This document shows positions 44,366 to 55,700 of a DNA stretch of 64,000 bases, in pieces. A program made the position numbers and the translations under genes. The DNA is from Eledone cirrhosa. Lineage: Eukaryota. Within the stretch, counting starts at the first letter, position 1. The number at the start of each line of letters is the position of its first letter. The stretch covers positions 26,536,001 through 26,600,000 of the forward strand of contig OZ024741.1 in NCBI GenBank assembly GCA_964016885.1. Reading direction: 5' to 3'. Under the pieces are notes generated by a model. That model did no database searches and had not been told where the DNA came from. It was given only the letters and a program-made list of their open reading frames with translations.

Positions 44366-44566
44366 TAAGTATTTGCAATCTAGGGCCAAAGACCGCTGAG
44401 GTGTAGACTTAAAACTTGAAGTGTATGTTTCCATGTGTAGTAAAAATGTGAGAGTGGAATAAGACCAGCTGGGGGGGGGGGGGGAGGTTCTATATGTAGT
44501 AAAGGTGTAAGAGTGGATTAGAACCAACTGGGTGGGGGTTTCTATGTGTAGTAAAGGTGTACTTAC

Positions 44567-44641
44567 ATGTCCATCATCAGAACAGCTGGCAATGTAGTCT
44601 CCACTGTCATCAATACTGATTTGGTTCACAGTGTTGTTATG
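44567..44641 (-). CDS. VPS41: VPS41 coding exon (HNNTVNQISIDDSGDYIASCSDDGH), WD40-type segment
   Basis: 75 nt, TTTACAG acceptor, GTAAGT donor, phase 0; matches VPS41 NQIS.D.SG......CS.DG. Confidence 0.92.
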
Positions 44642-45194
44642 CTGTAAAGAAAGGTCAAGCAAAAGAGGTCAGCAGTCAGAAGGAAGGAGAAATGACAGTG
44701 GCATGGCTAGGAGCTTTCCACAATCAAGACTCGATAGGTAGGAGAAGCTCATTTTGGCATGGTTTCTACAGCTGGATAAGCCTCATAACATCAACAACTT
44801 TACAGAGAAGATTGGGTGCATTTTAGTGTTGCATCAGCATTACCTCTTCACAGATTGGACTGTATGCATTTTATGGCATCAGAACCACCACTTTACAGAG
44901 TGGACTAGGTGCATTTTATTATGGCACCAGCACTATCACTTTAGACAGTGAAGTTGATGCATTGCATTGTGACAATTTTACAGAGTGTACTGGGTGTATT
45001 TTACTGTAACAACATCACTACAGTTACAGGTGTATTGTGACACAACCACTTACATTTTACATGATTAAAAAAAATAAAGAAAAAATAAAGAATTTTGAAA
45101 AAGTATTAAAAAACATTGTAAAATTAAATTCTCCTAAAACTTGTTGATCAACATATAGCAAGTGTTTATCTTCAATGAGAGGAAACATAGAACA

Positions 45195-45236
45195 TCACTG
45201 ATGATGTCACAGATATGTGTGTTGAAAGAACTCTGA
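45195..45236 (+). ncRNA. Degenerate minimal hammerhead-like motif
   Basis: TCA-CTGATGA-(CACA/TGTG hairpin)-GAAA-GAAC-TC-TGA; stem I only 3 bp. Confidence 0.35.
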
Positions 45237-47149
45237 GAAACTATATCTATATATGTATATGATAAACATTGATTGCCAGATGAATTATTTATAGAAATAT
45301 AAAAATATACTGAAGTGAAAACCAAACCAAACAGTGAGTGTATTTTACTATATTTTTTTGGCAATATTAGAACATCATGACCCTCCCCAAATATAACAAT
45401 AATGGTATTTTCTTTATTCTTTTATTTCTTTCAGCCAATAGATTCTAAATTACAGGACATATACAAACACAAATGTAAATATAGACATCATGTATAAATG
45501 TGGTTGGTGTTAGAAAGGGCATCCAGTCATAGAAACCAAGCCAAAACCAGTTCTGTATGAGCAAAACACTGTCATCTGATCTGGCTTGTCTTATAATGGG
45601 ACAACTCGTCTTACCCATGTTAATGTGGATAAATGGATGTTAAACGGTGATGATGATTATACATACACACACAAATACAAACATACATACATACACATAT
45701 ACATGGCTTCTATGCAGTTTCTGTTTGCCAAATTTCATTCACAGGGTATTGTAAGCAGAAAATATTTGGTCATGGTGCCACACAGTCGATGTCACATGGT
45801 TACAAAGTAAATTCTTTAAGTACATATGACCGATGATTTGGTATTGTACAATAATGGTCAGTGCTGGGAAGATCGGTGATGAAAGGGTTAAGACATTTGA
45901 CCGTAACCTTATTTACAAGGAACAGAAAACATACCTCAAATGTAATAAAAACTATAAAAATATACAGTTCAATCAAGTTTTCAATACCCCATGCCTCAAT
46001 GAATAGCATACGTACACATGTCTGTGTGTGTGTATATATATATATAAATATACATATATATACATACGTACACGTCTGTGTGTGTATATATATATACATA
46101 TATATGTACACCTGTCTGTGTGTGTGTATATATATAAATATACATATATATACATACGTACACATGTCTGTGTATGTATATATATAAATATACATATGTA
46201 CACATGTCTGTGTGTGTGTGTATATATATATAAATATACATATATATACATACGTACACATGTCTGTGTGTGTGTGTATATATATATACATATATACATG
46301 TATATATATATATACATGTCTGTGTGTGTATATATATAAATATATATATATATATCACCTAAGTATATGGCTTAAAATGTGAAGTTAAGTTTCTAAACTG
46401 GAAAGCTCCTCCAAAATCTCCAATGTTGGTAATCCTATTACAAGACTGAGAAATAACGTATTTGTTGGTAGTTTCTTCAACTAGTACTACTAAAACAAAC
46501 ACCACCACCACAACCAACAATACCACCATCACCACAAACCCCAGCACCACCATCACAACCAACAATACCACCACCAGCACCACATACCACCACTACAACT
46601 AATAACAATACCAACAGCACTACAACCGCCCCCACCAACACTGAAACTGCTAACACCACTAACACCGCCACCACCACCATCACTAAAACTTCCGCAGCCA
46701 TTACCACCAATAACAATACTAACATCAATTCTACAACCTGTACTACTACCACAGCCACTACTAGCATCACAACAACAAAAGCAACCACAACAACAACTAT
46801 AACAGCTTAGCTGAAATTACAAGAGTAAACCAAGAGAAAAGAAGAAAACAAACAGGCAAGTGAAAATTACAGACCCCCCCCCCCCTTCTTTAAGTAAACT
46901 TCATGTTGATAACTTATTTCAATATTCTTTCTTTATTGTCACCATGGTTACTATCATATACATAACAACAACTACAACAACAACGAGAAACTTCTTTCAA
47001 ACTATTGCTTCAATACATTATATTCCAGAAGGAAAGAGTTTTTCTTGAAAGCTGATTATAAACTAAGCTATATAAACTGTGTCCATCCCCACCCCACCTT
47101 TTAGTTTCAGAATTACAGGCTGGTTTGAAGTATTTATTGATGTTGTTGA

Positions 47150-48746
47150 CACTGTTCTGTTCTGGTTCACTGCCCACCATCATAACTGGCTTGACACCAA
47201 ACTGTTAAGACATTTGTTGTTCTGTTCTGGTTCACTGCACATCATCATCATAACTGACACCAAACTGTTAAGACATTTGTTGTTCTGTTCTGGTTCACTG
47301 CACATCATCATCATAACTGACACCAAACTGTTAAGACATTTGTTGTTCTGTTCTGGTTCATTGCCCACTATCATCATCATAACTATCATAGTACCAGGAG
47401 GGCATCAACTGTTCTGGTTCACTGCCCATCATCATAACTGTCATGGCATCATGCAGGCATCAACTGTTCTGGTTCACTGCCCATCATCATCACAACTGAC
47501 ACCAAACTATTGTGTTAAGACATTTGTTGTTCTGTTCTGGTTCACTGCCCATCATCATCACAACTGACACCAAACTATTGTGTTAAGACATTTGTTGTTC
47601 TGTTCTGGTTCACTGCCCATCATCATCACAACTGACACCAAACTATTGTGTTAAGACATTTGTTGTTCTGTTCTGGTTCACTGCCCATCATCATCACAAC
47701 TGACACCAAGCTATTGTGTTAAGACATTTGTTGTTCTGTTCTGGTTCACTGCCCATCATCATCACAACTGACACCAAACTATTGTGTTAAGACATTTGTT
47801 GTTCTGTTCTGGTTCACTGCCCATCATCATCACAACTGACACCAAGCTATTGTGTTAAGACATTTGTTGTTCTGTTCTGGTTCACTGCCCATCATCATCA
47901 CAACTGACACCAAACTATTGTGTTAAGACATTTGTTGTTCTGTTCTGGTTCACTGCCCATCATCATCACAACTGACACCAAGCTATTGTGTTAAGACATT
48001 TGTTGTTCTGTTCTGGTTCACTGCCCATCATCATCACAACTGACACCAAACTATTGTGTTAAGACATTTGTTGTTCTGTTCTGGTTCACTGCCCATCATC
48101 ATCACAACTGACACCAAGCTATTGTGTTAAGACATTTGTTGTTCTGTTCTGGTTCACTGCCCATCATCATCACAACTGACACCAAACTATTGTGTTAAGA
48201 CATTTGTTGTTCTGTTCTGGTTCACTGCCCATCATCATCACAACTGACACCAAACTATTGTGTTAAGACATTTGTTGTTCTGTTCTGGTTCACTGCCCAT
48301 CATCATCACAACTGACACCAAACTATTGTGTTAAGACATTTGTTGTTCTGTTCTGGTTCACTGCCCATCATCATCACAACTGACACCAAGCTATTGTGTT
48401 AAGACATTTGTTGTTCTGTTCTGGTTCACTGCCCATCATCATCACAACTGACACCAAACTATTGTGTTAAGACATTTGTTGTTCTGTTCTGGTTCACTGC
48501 CCATCATCATCACAACTGACACCAAACTATTGTGTTAAGACATTTGTTGTTCTGTTCTGGTTCACTGCCCATCATCATCACAACTGACACCAAACTATTG
48601 TGTTAAGACATTTGTTGTTCTGTTCTGGTTCACTGCCCATCATCATCACAACTGACACCAAGCTATTGTGTTAAGACATTTGTTGTTCTGTTCTGGTTCA
48701 CTGCCCATCATCATCACAACTGACACCAAGCTATTGTGTTAAGACA
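47150..48746. repeat. 68-bp minisatellite (~18 near-identical copies) preceded by 63-bp related units
   Basis: CATTTG at 47521 and 47589; only an A/G variant (CCAAAC/CCAAGC) in the main array. Confidence 0.96.
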
Positions 48747-49304
48747 CTTATTATGTGAGGCTATAAACTAGAATTTAGCTTTGTCTTATGTCTTTAAATA
48801 GGAAACCTTTAAAATGGGTTGTTTTGTTCCATAGAGCCAAAGTTGGTTAAGAAAAGGGTTGTCACTGAGGTGTACAACATGACCAAGCAGGACTATGGAT
48901 GCCCTTCCTAACAGCAACAATCAAAATTTGTAATGTCCTCAACAAGACTAAAGGGTCCACTCTATGGCGCCGCAATTTATTTGCCAAACACTTTACAGAG
49001 TCAAGTGATAATTCTCTGTATTATAAGATGAGACACTACTAGTACTAATAGCTCCGTCTCCCTCTCTCTCTCTCTTTTGTTCTCTGTACAACAGAGCTAT
49101 GATCTAAAATATGGCAAGTGAAGAGGGGGGAGGGTAAGATGCGGAAATAAAACAGCTGCTACTGAGCTGCATAGTTAGTTTTCTAGGAATGGTTTATCAC
49201 AGACAGGAATGGAGGGGGACACAACTGAAGACCAGAAACAGGTAGAATACATACAAACACAATAATATATGAAGAGATGATTATAAAAAAAAACTAAAAC
49301 AAAA

Positions 49305-49492
49305 AATAATTGTTTCTACTTTGGGCACAAGGCCTGCAATTACCTCAGTGTATTACTGGTGCTTTATTTTATTGACCCCGTAAGGATGAAAGGCAGTGTT
49401 AACCTCGACGGGATTTGAATTCAAACTATAAAAGGCCATAACTCTATGCTGCAAAGCATGGAATCTGAACCTCTACCGATACTGCCAATCCA
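49305..49492 (-). mobile_element. tRNA-derived SINE
   Basis: Same family motifs as 56045-56432. Confidence 0.8.
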
Positions 49493-49739
49493 AATAATAA
49501 TAATGAAAGATGAAAATAGGAAAAATATTGAGAAATGAAGAATAATTAACCACAATAATAAATGGCTGAGAAAACTGGGTAAAATATCCCTTGAAATGGT
49601 AAATAATAAAATAGACAGAAGCATCTGGCGAATTCTTCCCAGATCCTGAGACACTATACCTGATTTTTTCAACTATTATAGTGGTCGGCTATTATTATAC
49701 TTATTTGTATTGGGATGCACATATTTTAAATATCATATA

Positions 49740-50230
49740 TATCATCATCATCACCGTTTAACTAGCATAGGTTAGACAGGTTGTCTTATTTCAGTCAAGC
49801 CAGGTCAGATGACCATGTCTCGCTCACTCTGATTTTGGCTTGGTTTCGGCAGCTGGATGCCCTTCCTAATGCCAACCACATATACATTGTGGACTGGGCA
49901 CTTTTTGTCATGACATCTACATGACCCCCTTACAGTGTGGACTGGGTGTTTTTTGTTGTGACACCTACACAACCACTTTACAGTGTGGACAGTGCTTTTT
50001 GTCATGACATCTACATGACCACCTTACAGTGTGGACTGAGTGCTTTTTGTTGTGATGCCTACATGATCACTTTGCAATGTGGGCTGGATGCTTTGGTGGG
50101 AAGGGTGTGTGGGGATTTAGGAGGTGGATATATGGGCATGTGTGATGGGCGGAGTTTTAGGATGGGGGTGAAGGTGTATACCAGATGTATGCTTCAGCTT
50201 GTGCTCATGGGAAGAAGGCAGGTCTTACAT
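49740..50230 (-). mobile_element. Diverged RTE family A-type 3' UTR with ~49-bp internal repeats
   Basis: GGATGCCCTTCCTAA motif; repeated TTACAGTGTGGAC...GACATCTACATGACC. Confidence 0.7.
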
Positions 50231-50581
50231 ATACATATATATGCTAGTTAGGTGTATAACTATAGTTACAGGCAGCACGCCGTTCGAAGCACTCACTGCT
50301 ATTACGAGGTCCGTCTCGTGTTGGTTTGTATTCCAGACTTAAGGCAGCTGTAGTGTGCAGAGTATAAATAGAGTTTAGATGTGTCTTTGCATATATAAAC
50401 TCACATATCTGAGGAGATGTCAAAGAAAAGTCAGATCCCGGTCATTATGATTGAGCTGATTGATATTGAAACAATTGTAATATGCCAATAAAGTTTGTAC
50501 ATATAAAGTTTGTAATATGCCAATAAGTTTGTGCCAATAAGTTTGTACAATAAAGTTTGTAATATGCCAATAAGTTTGTAC

Positions 50582-53500
50582 ATACTATCGCTTGCCTGGT
50601 TGCCTTTCGATATACGATATATGATGGATGGATGGACTGCGGAATCCTGGAGAGTGGAGGTGAGAGAGAAAAATCTGGACGCTCAGCGACAATGCCAAAG
50701 ATAAAGACAAATTCACCCCTTGGACGAGAATGCGAGCACTCCTCATTGTTTCGACCACGGACGGCTAACATAACACCATCGCCCCCCGCCCCTCACCGCC
50801 CCCAACCCCCAAACGCAATCCAAAACTTCAGAGTTGGTACCATAAATGTAGGCACCCTAAAGGGTCGCGCTAACGAGGTTGTAGAAATGCTTGAACGTAA
50901 GGAGGTCGATGTTTGTTGTATTCAAGAGACCAGGTGGAGGGGTGGGTCTGCTAGGTTCATTGAGGGTAAAAAACGTTGTTATAAGCTTTTCTGGGTGGGA
51001 AACGACGATGGGCTGGGTGGAGTAGGAATCATGGTAGCAGAAAAGTGGGCAGATAAGATAATAGACGTAAATAGAGTGAACGACAGAATAATTAAAATAC
51101 GACTTGTCCTCAATAGAACTACGGTGACAGTAATATCTGCGTACGCACCCCAATCCGGACTGCCCGGCACTATAAAAGACAGATTCTATGAGACACTGAT
51201 GCTAACTACCTCCCAAATATCCGACAGTGACTATATAATTATCGCAGGCGACCTAAATGGTCACGTTGGACAACATTGTGACGGCTACGACGAAATCCAT
51301 GGAGGCTATGGGTTTGGTACTAGAAATGAGGAAGGCTCCAGAATCCTGGAATTCTGTGATGCAAATAACCTAACTATCTGTAACACTAACTTCAAAAAAC
51401 GTGACAATCACCTGATCACCTATAGATCCGGGGAACACACAAGCCAGGTAGATTATATCCTTACCAGAAGACGTGACAGAGTGTCTGTTGTTAACACTAA
51501 ATCCCTCCCCCATGAAGAATGCAACTCCCAACATAGACTGATAATTAGCGACCTCATAGTCAGGACGAGACGTACTCGACAACAGAAGAGGACTATCCTC
51601 AGGAGGAAAATATGGAAGTTAAAGGACCCCACAGCCAGGAATAAATTTCAAAGCATATTACTTGATGCTTTCGACAGTAAGGAAGAACATTTAGAGTCGG
51701 ACAATATAGAGGGAGAGTGGGAATTTCTGAAAGCAAACCTGCTGTTGGCGACAGACGAGGTCTGTGGCTGGAGCAGGCCTGTAGGCAGGAGGAGAGTAAC
51801 ATGGTGGTGGAACAGTAAGGTGGAGGGGTCAATTAAGGCCAAAAAGCAGGCTTGGAAAGTATGGCGGGATGGGGGAAGTAGAGAGGACTATCAAGTGGCC
51901 AGGAGGGAAGCTAGGAGACAAGTGTACTTAGCAAGAAGGGAAGCTGAGGAAAGAAAGTTCAAGCATGTTCTACAACGCGATGACCAAAAACGTGAGGTGT
52001 TCAGGATTGCTAGGCAATGCGTCAAGGAAAACCGTGATATTGTCGGGGAGAAGTGTGTACTAAACGACGATGGCACACTTGCCATCACCGACGCTGATAA
52101 GAAGGTAGCTTGGAAGTGTCACTATGAAAGGCTTCTAAATGAGGAGAATAATTGGGAGAAAGGCAGTCTCCCCCATATCGACCCAATAGAGGGACCAGCA
52201 GTGTTAGTCGAGGGGAGTATAATAAGTAAGGCAATCAAGGATATGAAGTCTGGTAAGGCGGCTGGGCCTTCGGAAATAGTTGCTGAGATGCTGAAGGCAT
52301 CTGGCACGGTGGGACACACCATGGTCACCCGCATAGTTAACCAAGTCGTACAAAACGGGGTTGTTCCGAAGGACTGGCATAGCAGCATCATCGTTAACTG
52401 TTATAAGGGTAAAGGAGACGCCCTAGATAGGAGTAACTATAGAGGCATTAAATTAATCGACCAGGTCATGAAGGTCACGGAAAGAGTAATAGCGCAGCTA
52501 ATCAGAGAGAGAATTGACCTAGATGAAATGCAGTTCGGGTTTGTGTCAGGCAAAAGTACCACAGACGCTCTTTTCATAGTACGACAACTACAAGAGAAGT
52601 ACCTAGCTAAAGGTAAACCCCTCTACTTAGCTTTTGTCGACTTGGAGAAAGCCTTCGACAGAGTCCCCCGCTCCATTATCTGGTGGGCTCTTAGAAAACT
52701 AGGCGTTGACGAATGGCTTGTGAGGGCTATACAAGCCATGTATAAAGAAACAGTCAGCAAGGTTAGAATTAACAACGAATATAGTGAAGAGTTTAGCGTA
52801 AAAGTCGGCGTCCATCAGGGCTCTGTTCTCAGTCCACTACTATTTATTATTGCCCTTCAGGCCATAACAGAGGAGTTCAAGACAGGCTGCCCATGGGAAC
52901 TCCTATACGCAGACGACCTGACACTCATAGCGGAATCAATGGCCGAGCTAGAGAAGAAATTCCAAACATGGAAGCACGGCCTAGAGTCAAAAGGACTTAA
53001 AATTAACCTGGCTAAGACCAAAGTACTAGTTTGTAGGAAAGAAAACAAGGCGGCGGTCCCTTCTGGGAAATGGTCGTGCTCGGTGTGTAGGAAAGGCGTA
53101 GGTAGAAACTCCATTTTATGTCCTAAATGCAAAGTATGGGTGCATAAAAGATGTAGTGGGATCACAGGTAGGCTAACTAAGAACATAGATTTTACATGTG
53201 GCCGGTGCTCTGGTGCAATAAGTAGCAGCAAGTGCCCACAAACTACTAGCTCTTTCAATTGCGCAGAGGGTTCTATAGAAATAGTGGACAGCTTCCGTTA
53301 CCTGGGCGATAAAATCAGCAGTGGGGGAGGGTGCTCTGAAAGTACTGTAGCTAGAGTCAGAACTGGTTGGAAAAAGTTCAGAGAGCTTATACCACTATTA
53401 GCTGCTAAAGGGTTCTCACTAAAAATGAAAGGCAGGTTGTACGATGCCTGCATACGAACAGCAATGCTGCATGGCAGTGAGACCTGGGCATTGTGTGCAG

Positions 53501-54258
53501 AGGATATACGCAGACTAGAGAGGAACGAAGCTTGCATGCTCCGCTGGATGTGTAACAGTAATATACGTGAACGGCAAAGCATAAACGAACTAAGGAATAA
53601 ATTAGAGATAAGAGGGATCAGATGTTGTTTACTCGAGAGAAGGCTACGTTGGTATGGACACGTGATGCGCATGAAAGTCGATAGCTGTATAACAAAGTGC
53701 AGGGCAATAAAGATAGACGGTAGTCACGGAATAGGCAGACCTAGAAAAACCTGGGACGAGCTGATAAACTCCGACATCACACACTTACACCTCTCCAAGA
53801 CAATGTCACTGGACCGAGACCTTTGGCGGTACTCAGTAACAGAGAAGACCCGCCTTACCTAAATATATAGTAAAACCTACTCCAGCCAGTAGGCATCTCT
53901 AACAAATACACCCCGTCCCACCACCCCCACCCGATCCACACCCCCCCGTTCTATGTAAAGTTATGTTGGTGCCGCGCCATCGAGGCCGAAACAAATGAGA
54001 TCGTGTAGGTGTCACGACAAAAAAACACACAGTCCACGCTGTAATGTGGCCGTGTAGGCAACACGGTAAAAACCTCCCAGACCCACACTGTAAATGTGGT
54101 TGGTGTTAGGAAGGGCATCCAACTGTAGAAAACCTGCCAGACAGTCCTATGCGAGCAAGACAATCACTCTTGCCTCAAGTGGGACTACCCCCGTCCAAAC
54201 CCATGCAAGCGTGGAACACGGACGTTAAACGCTGATGATGATGATGATGATGATGATG
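50582..54258 (+). mobile_element. Full-length RTE LINE, family A copy 2
   Basis: ORF + 3' UTR ending GGACGTTAAACGCTGATGATGAT...; no TSD recognised. Confidence 0.92.
50632..53862 (+). CDS. RTE-clade LINE polyprotein: APE + RT with PHD-type finger (copy 2)
   Basis: Uninterrupted 1076-aa ORF nearly identical to copy 1; YADD at 52906-52917. Confidence 0.95.
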   Translation: MDCGILESGGEREKSGRSATMPKIKTNSPLGRECEHSSLFRPRTANITPSPPAPHRPQPPNAIQNFRVGTINVGTLKGRANEVVEMLERKEVDVCCIQETRWRGGSARFIEGKKRCYKLFWVGNDDGLGGVGIMVAEKWADKIIDVNRVNDRIIKIRLVLNRTTVTVISAYAPQSGLPGTIKDRFYETLMLTTSQISDSDYIIIAGDLNGHVGQHCDGYDEIHGGYGFGTRNEEGSRILEFCDANNLTICNTNFKKRDNHLITYRSGEHTSQVDYILTRRRDRVSVVNTKSLPHEECNSQHRLIISDLIVRTRRTRQQKRTILRRKIWKLKDPTARNKFQSILLDAFDSKEEHLESDNIEGEWEFLKANLLLATDEVCGWSRPVGRRRVTWWWNSKVEGSIKAKKQAWKVWRDGGSREDYQVARREARRQVYLARREAEERKFKHVLQRDDQKREVFRIARQCVKENRDIVGEKCVLNDDGTLAITDADKKVAWKCHYERLLNEENNWEKGSLPHIDPIEGPAVLVEGSIISKAIKDMKSGKAAGPSEIVAEMLKASGTVGHTMVTRIVNQVVQNGVVPKDWHSSIIVNCYKGKGDALDRSNYRGIKLIDQVMKVTERVIAQLIRERIDLDEMQFGFVSGKSTTDALFIVRQLQEKYLAKGKPLYLAFVDLEKAFDRVPRSIIWWALRKLGVDEWLVRAIQAMYKETVSKVRINNEYSEEFSVKVGVHQGSVLSPLLFIIALQAITEEFKTGCPWELLYADDLTLIAESMAELEKKFQTWKHGLESKGLKINLAKTKVLVCRKENKAAVPSGKWSCSVCRKGVGRNSILCPKCKVWVHKRCSGITGRLTKNIDFTCGRCSGAISSSKCPQTTSSFNCAEGSIEIVDSFRYLGDKISSGGGCSESTVARVRTGWKKFRELIPLLAAKGFSLKMKGRLYDACIRTAMLHGSETWALCAEDIRRLERNEACMLRWMCNSNIRERQSINELRNKLEIRGIRCCLLERRLRWYGHVMRMKVDSCITKCRAIKIDGSHGIGRPRKTWDELINSDITHLHLSKTMSLDRDLWRYSVTEKTRLT

Positions 54259-54321
54259 CAACACTGATTTCGATTCCACTTACTTTATTTCTCTCTCTCT
54301 CTATATATATATATATCTATC

Positions 54322-55008
54322 TATCATCATCTTTTAACGTCCATCTTCCACGTTAGCATCGGGTGTGTGTGTGTGTGTCATCATCACCGTTTTACGTCCG
54401 TTCTTCCACGCTAGCATGGGTTAGACGGGTTGTCCTGTTGTGGGCAGTGTCTGGTCGGCTGACCATGCCTTGCTCATACAGGAACTGATCTGGCTTGATT
54501 TCTACAGCTGGATGCCCTTCCTAACACCAACCTCATTTACAGTGAGTGCTGGGTGCTTTTTCGTGGCGCCTACACGTCCACTTTACAGTGTGGGTATATA
54601 TATATATCATCATCATCAGGTTTAGCGTCCGTGTTCCACGCTTGCATGGGTTTGGACGGGAGTTTTCCCACTTGAGGCAAAAGTGGTTGTCTTGCTCGCA
54701 TAGGACTGTCTGGCGGGTTTTCTACAGTTGGATGCCCTTCCTAACACCAACCACATTTACAGTGTGGGTCTGGGGAGGTTTTTACCGTGTTGCCTACACG
54801 GCCACATTACAGCGTGGGCTGTCTGGCGGGTTTTCTACAGCTGGATGCCCTTCCTAACACCAACCACATTTACAGTGTGGGGCTGGGAGGTTTTTACCGT
54901 GTTGCCTACACGGCCACATTACAGCGTGGACTGTCTGGCGGGTTTTCTACAGCTGGATGCCCTTCCTAACACCAACCACATTTACAGTGTGGGGCTGGGA
55001 GGTTTTTA
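54322..55008 (-). mobile_element. Pile-up of three tail-bearing retroposon fragments, the last with about three 112-bp modules
   Basis: Tails near 54322, 54378 and 54606; GGATGCCCTTCC recurs at ~112 bp spacing. Confidence 0.82.
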
Positions 55009-55029
55009 CACATATATATATATGTGTGT

Positions 55030-55260
55030 GTGTGCATTTGAAAATAAGGTTTTTCTCCTTGCATACATTTCGCTCATCTAGGGAATGTCTTCACATGCTA
55101 CCATTATGTCTTTCTACTTGGTTATAACCTTTTTGAAATATTTACTTCTGTGTTCATAGATTGATATTTCTTAGTTTAAGATGAACCTGCTTACGGTGAA
55201 AGCAGAAATTATTTGTTTAAACTTTTTAACTGTGGTAATAATAAATATTTGCTCTACTAG
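55030..55260 (+). mobile_element. Fragment of the same Helitron family as 28543-29684
   Basis: AGGGAA(C/T)GTCTTCAC...GAAATATTTACTTCTG...AAACTTT shared with 28800-28970; ends CTAG|T. Confidence 0.65.
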
Positions 55261-55393
55261 TTATATATATATATATATTAATAAAAGGAATTCCAACTTT
55301 GTCTGATTTACTCGTTTTATTTACAATCCTTTAAAATTTATAATGGTATTAGAATGAAATAGTATGGTAGAATATTAAATGTTAAGTGTTAAT

Positions 55394-55432
55394 TGAACAA
55401 GTACTTTCATGCTTTCGCAATCTTCAGGTTCA
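55394..55432 (-). ncRNA. Minimal type-I hammerhead ribozyme (mirror copy, sense to the VPS41 pre-mRNA)
   Basis: Exact reverse complement of 55506-55544. Confidence 0.82.
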
Positions 55433-55505
55433 TAATGTGTGATGACAGTCAAGTTTGCAATTTTCAACTGTTGAAAATTGCAAACTTGACTGTCACCACA
55501 CATTA

Positions 55506-55544
55506 TGAACCTGAAGATTGCGAAAGCATGAAAGTACTTGTTCA
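55506..55544 (+). ncRNA. Minimal type-I hammerhead ribozyme
   Basis: UGAAC-CUGAAGA-U-UGC(GAAA)GCA-U-GAAA-GUAC-UU-GUUCA: 5-bp stem I, full core, GNRA-capped stem II, palindromic GUAC stem III loop. Confidence 0.82.
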
Positions 55545-55564
55545 ATTAACACTTAATATTTAAT

Positions 55565-55700
55565 TGTTTCTACTTTAGGCACAAAGCCAGCAATTACCCA
55601 GTGCATTACTGGTACTTTATTTTATCGACCCCGTAAGGATGAAAGGTAAAGTCAACCTCAGTGGGATTTGAACTCAGATCGTAAAGGGACATAACTATGC
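55565..55700 (-). mobile_element. 5'-truncated tRNA-SINE inserted in the palindrome arm, TSD TTTAAT
   Basis: TTTAAT at 55559-55564 and 55701-55706; the left arm shows the empty site. Confidence 0.85.

Noticed and set aside
44249-44662. 137-aa ORF as a standalone gene
   Set aside because: Only 44567-44641 is exon; the rest is intron and MITE read-through
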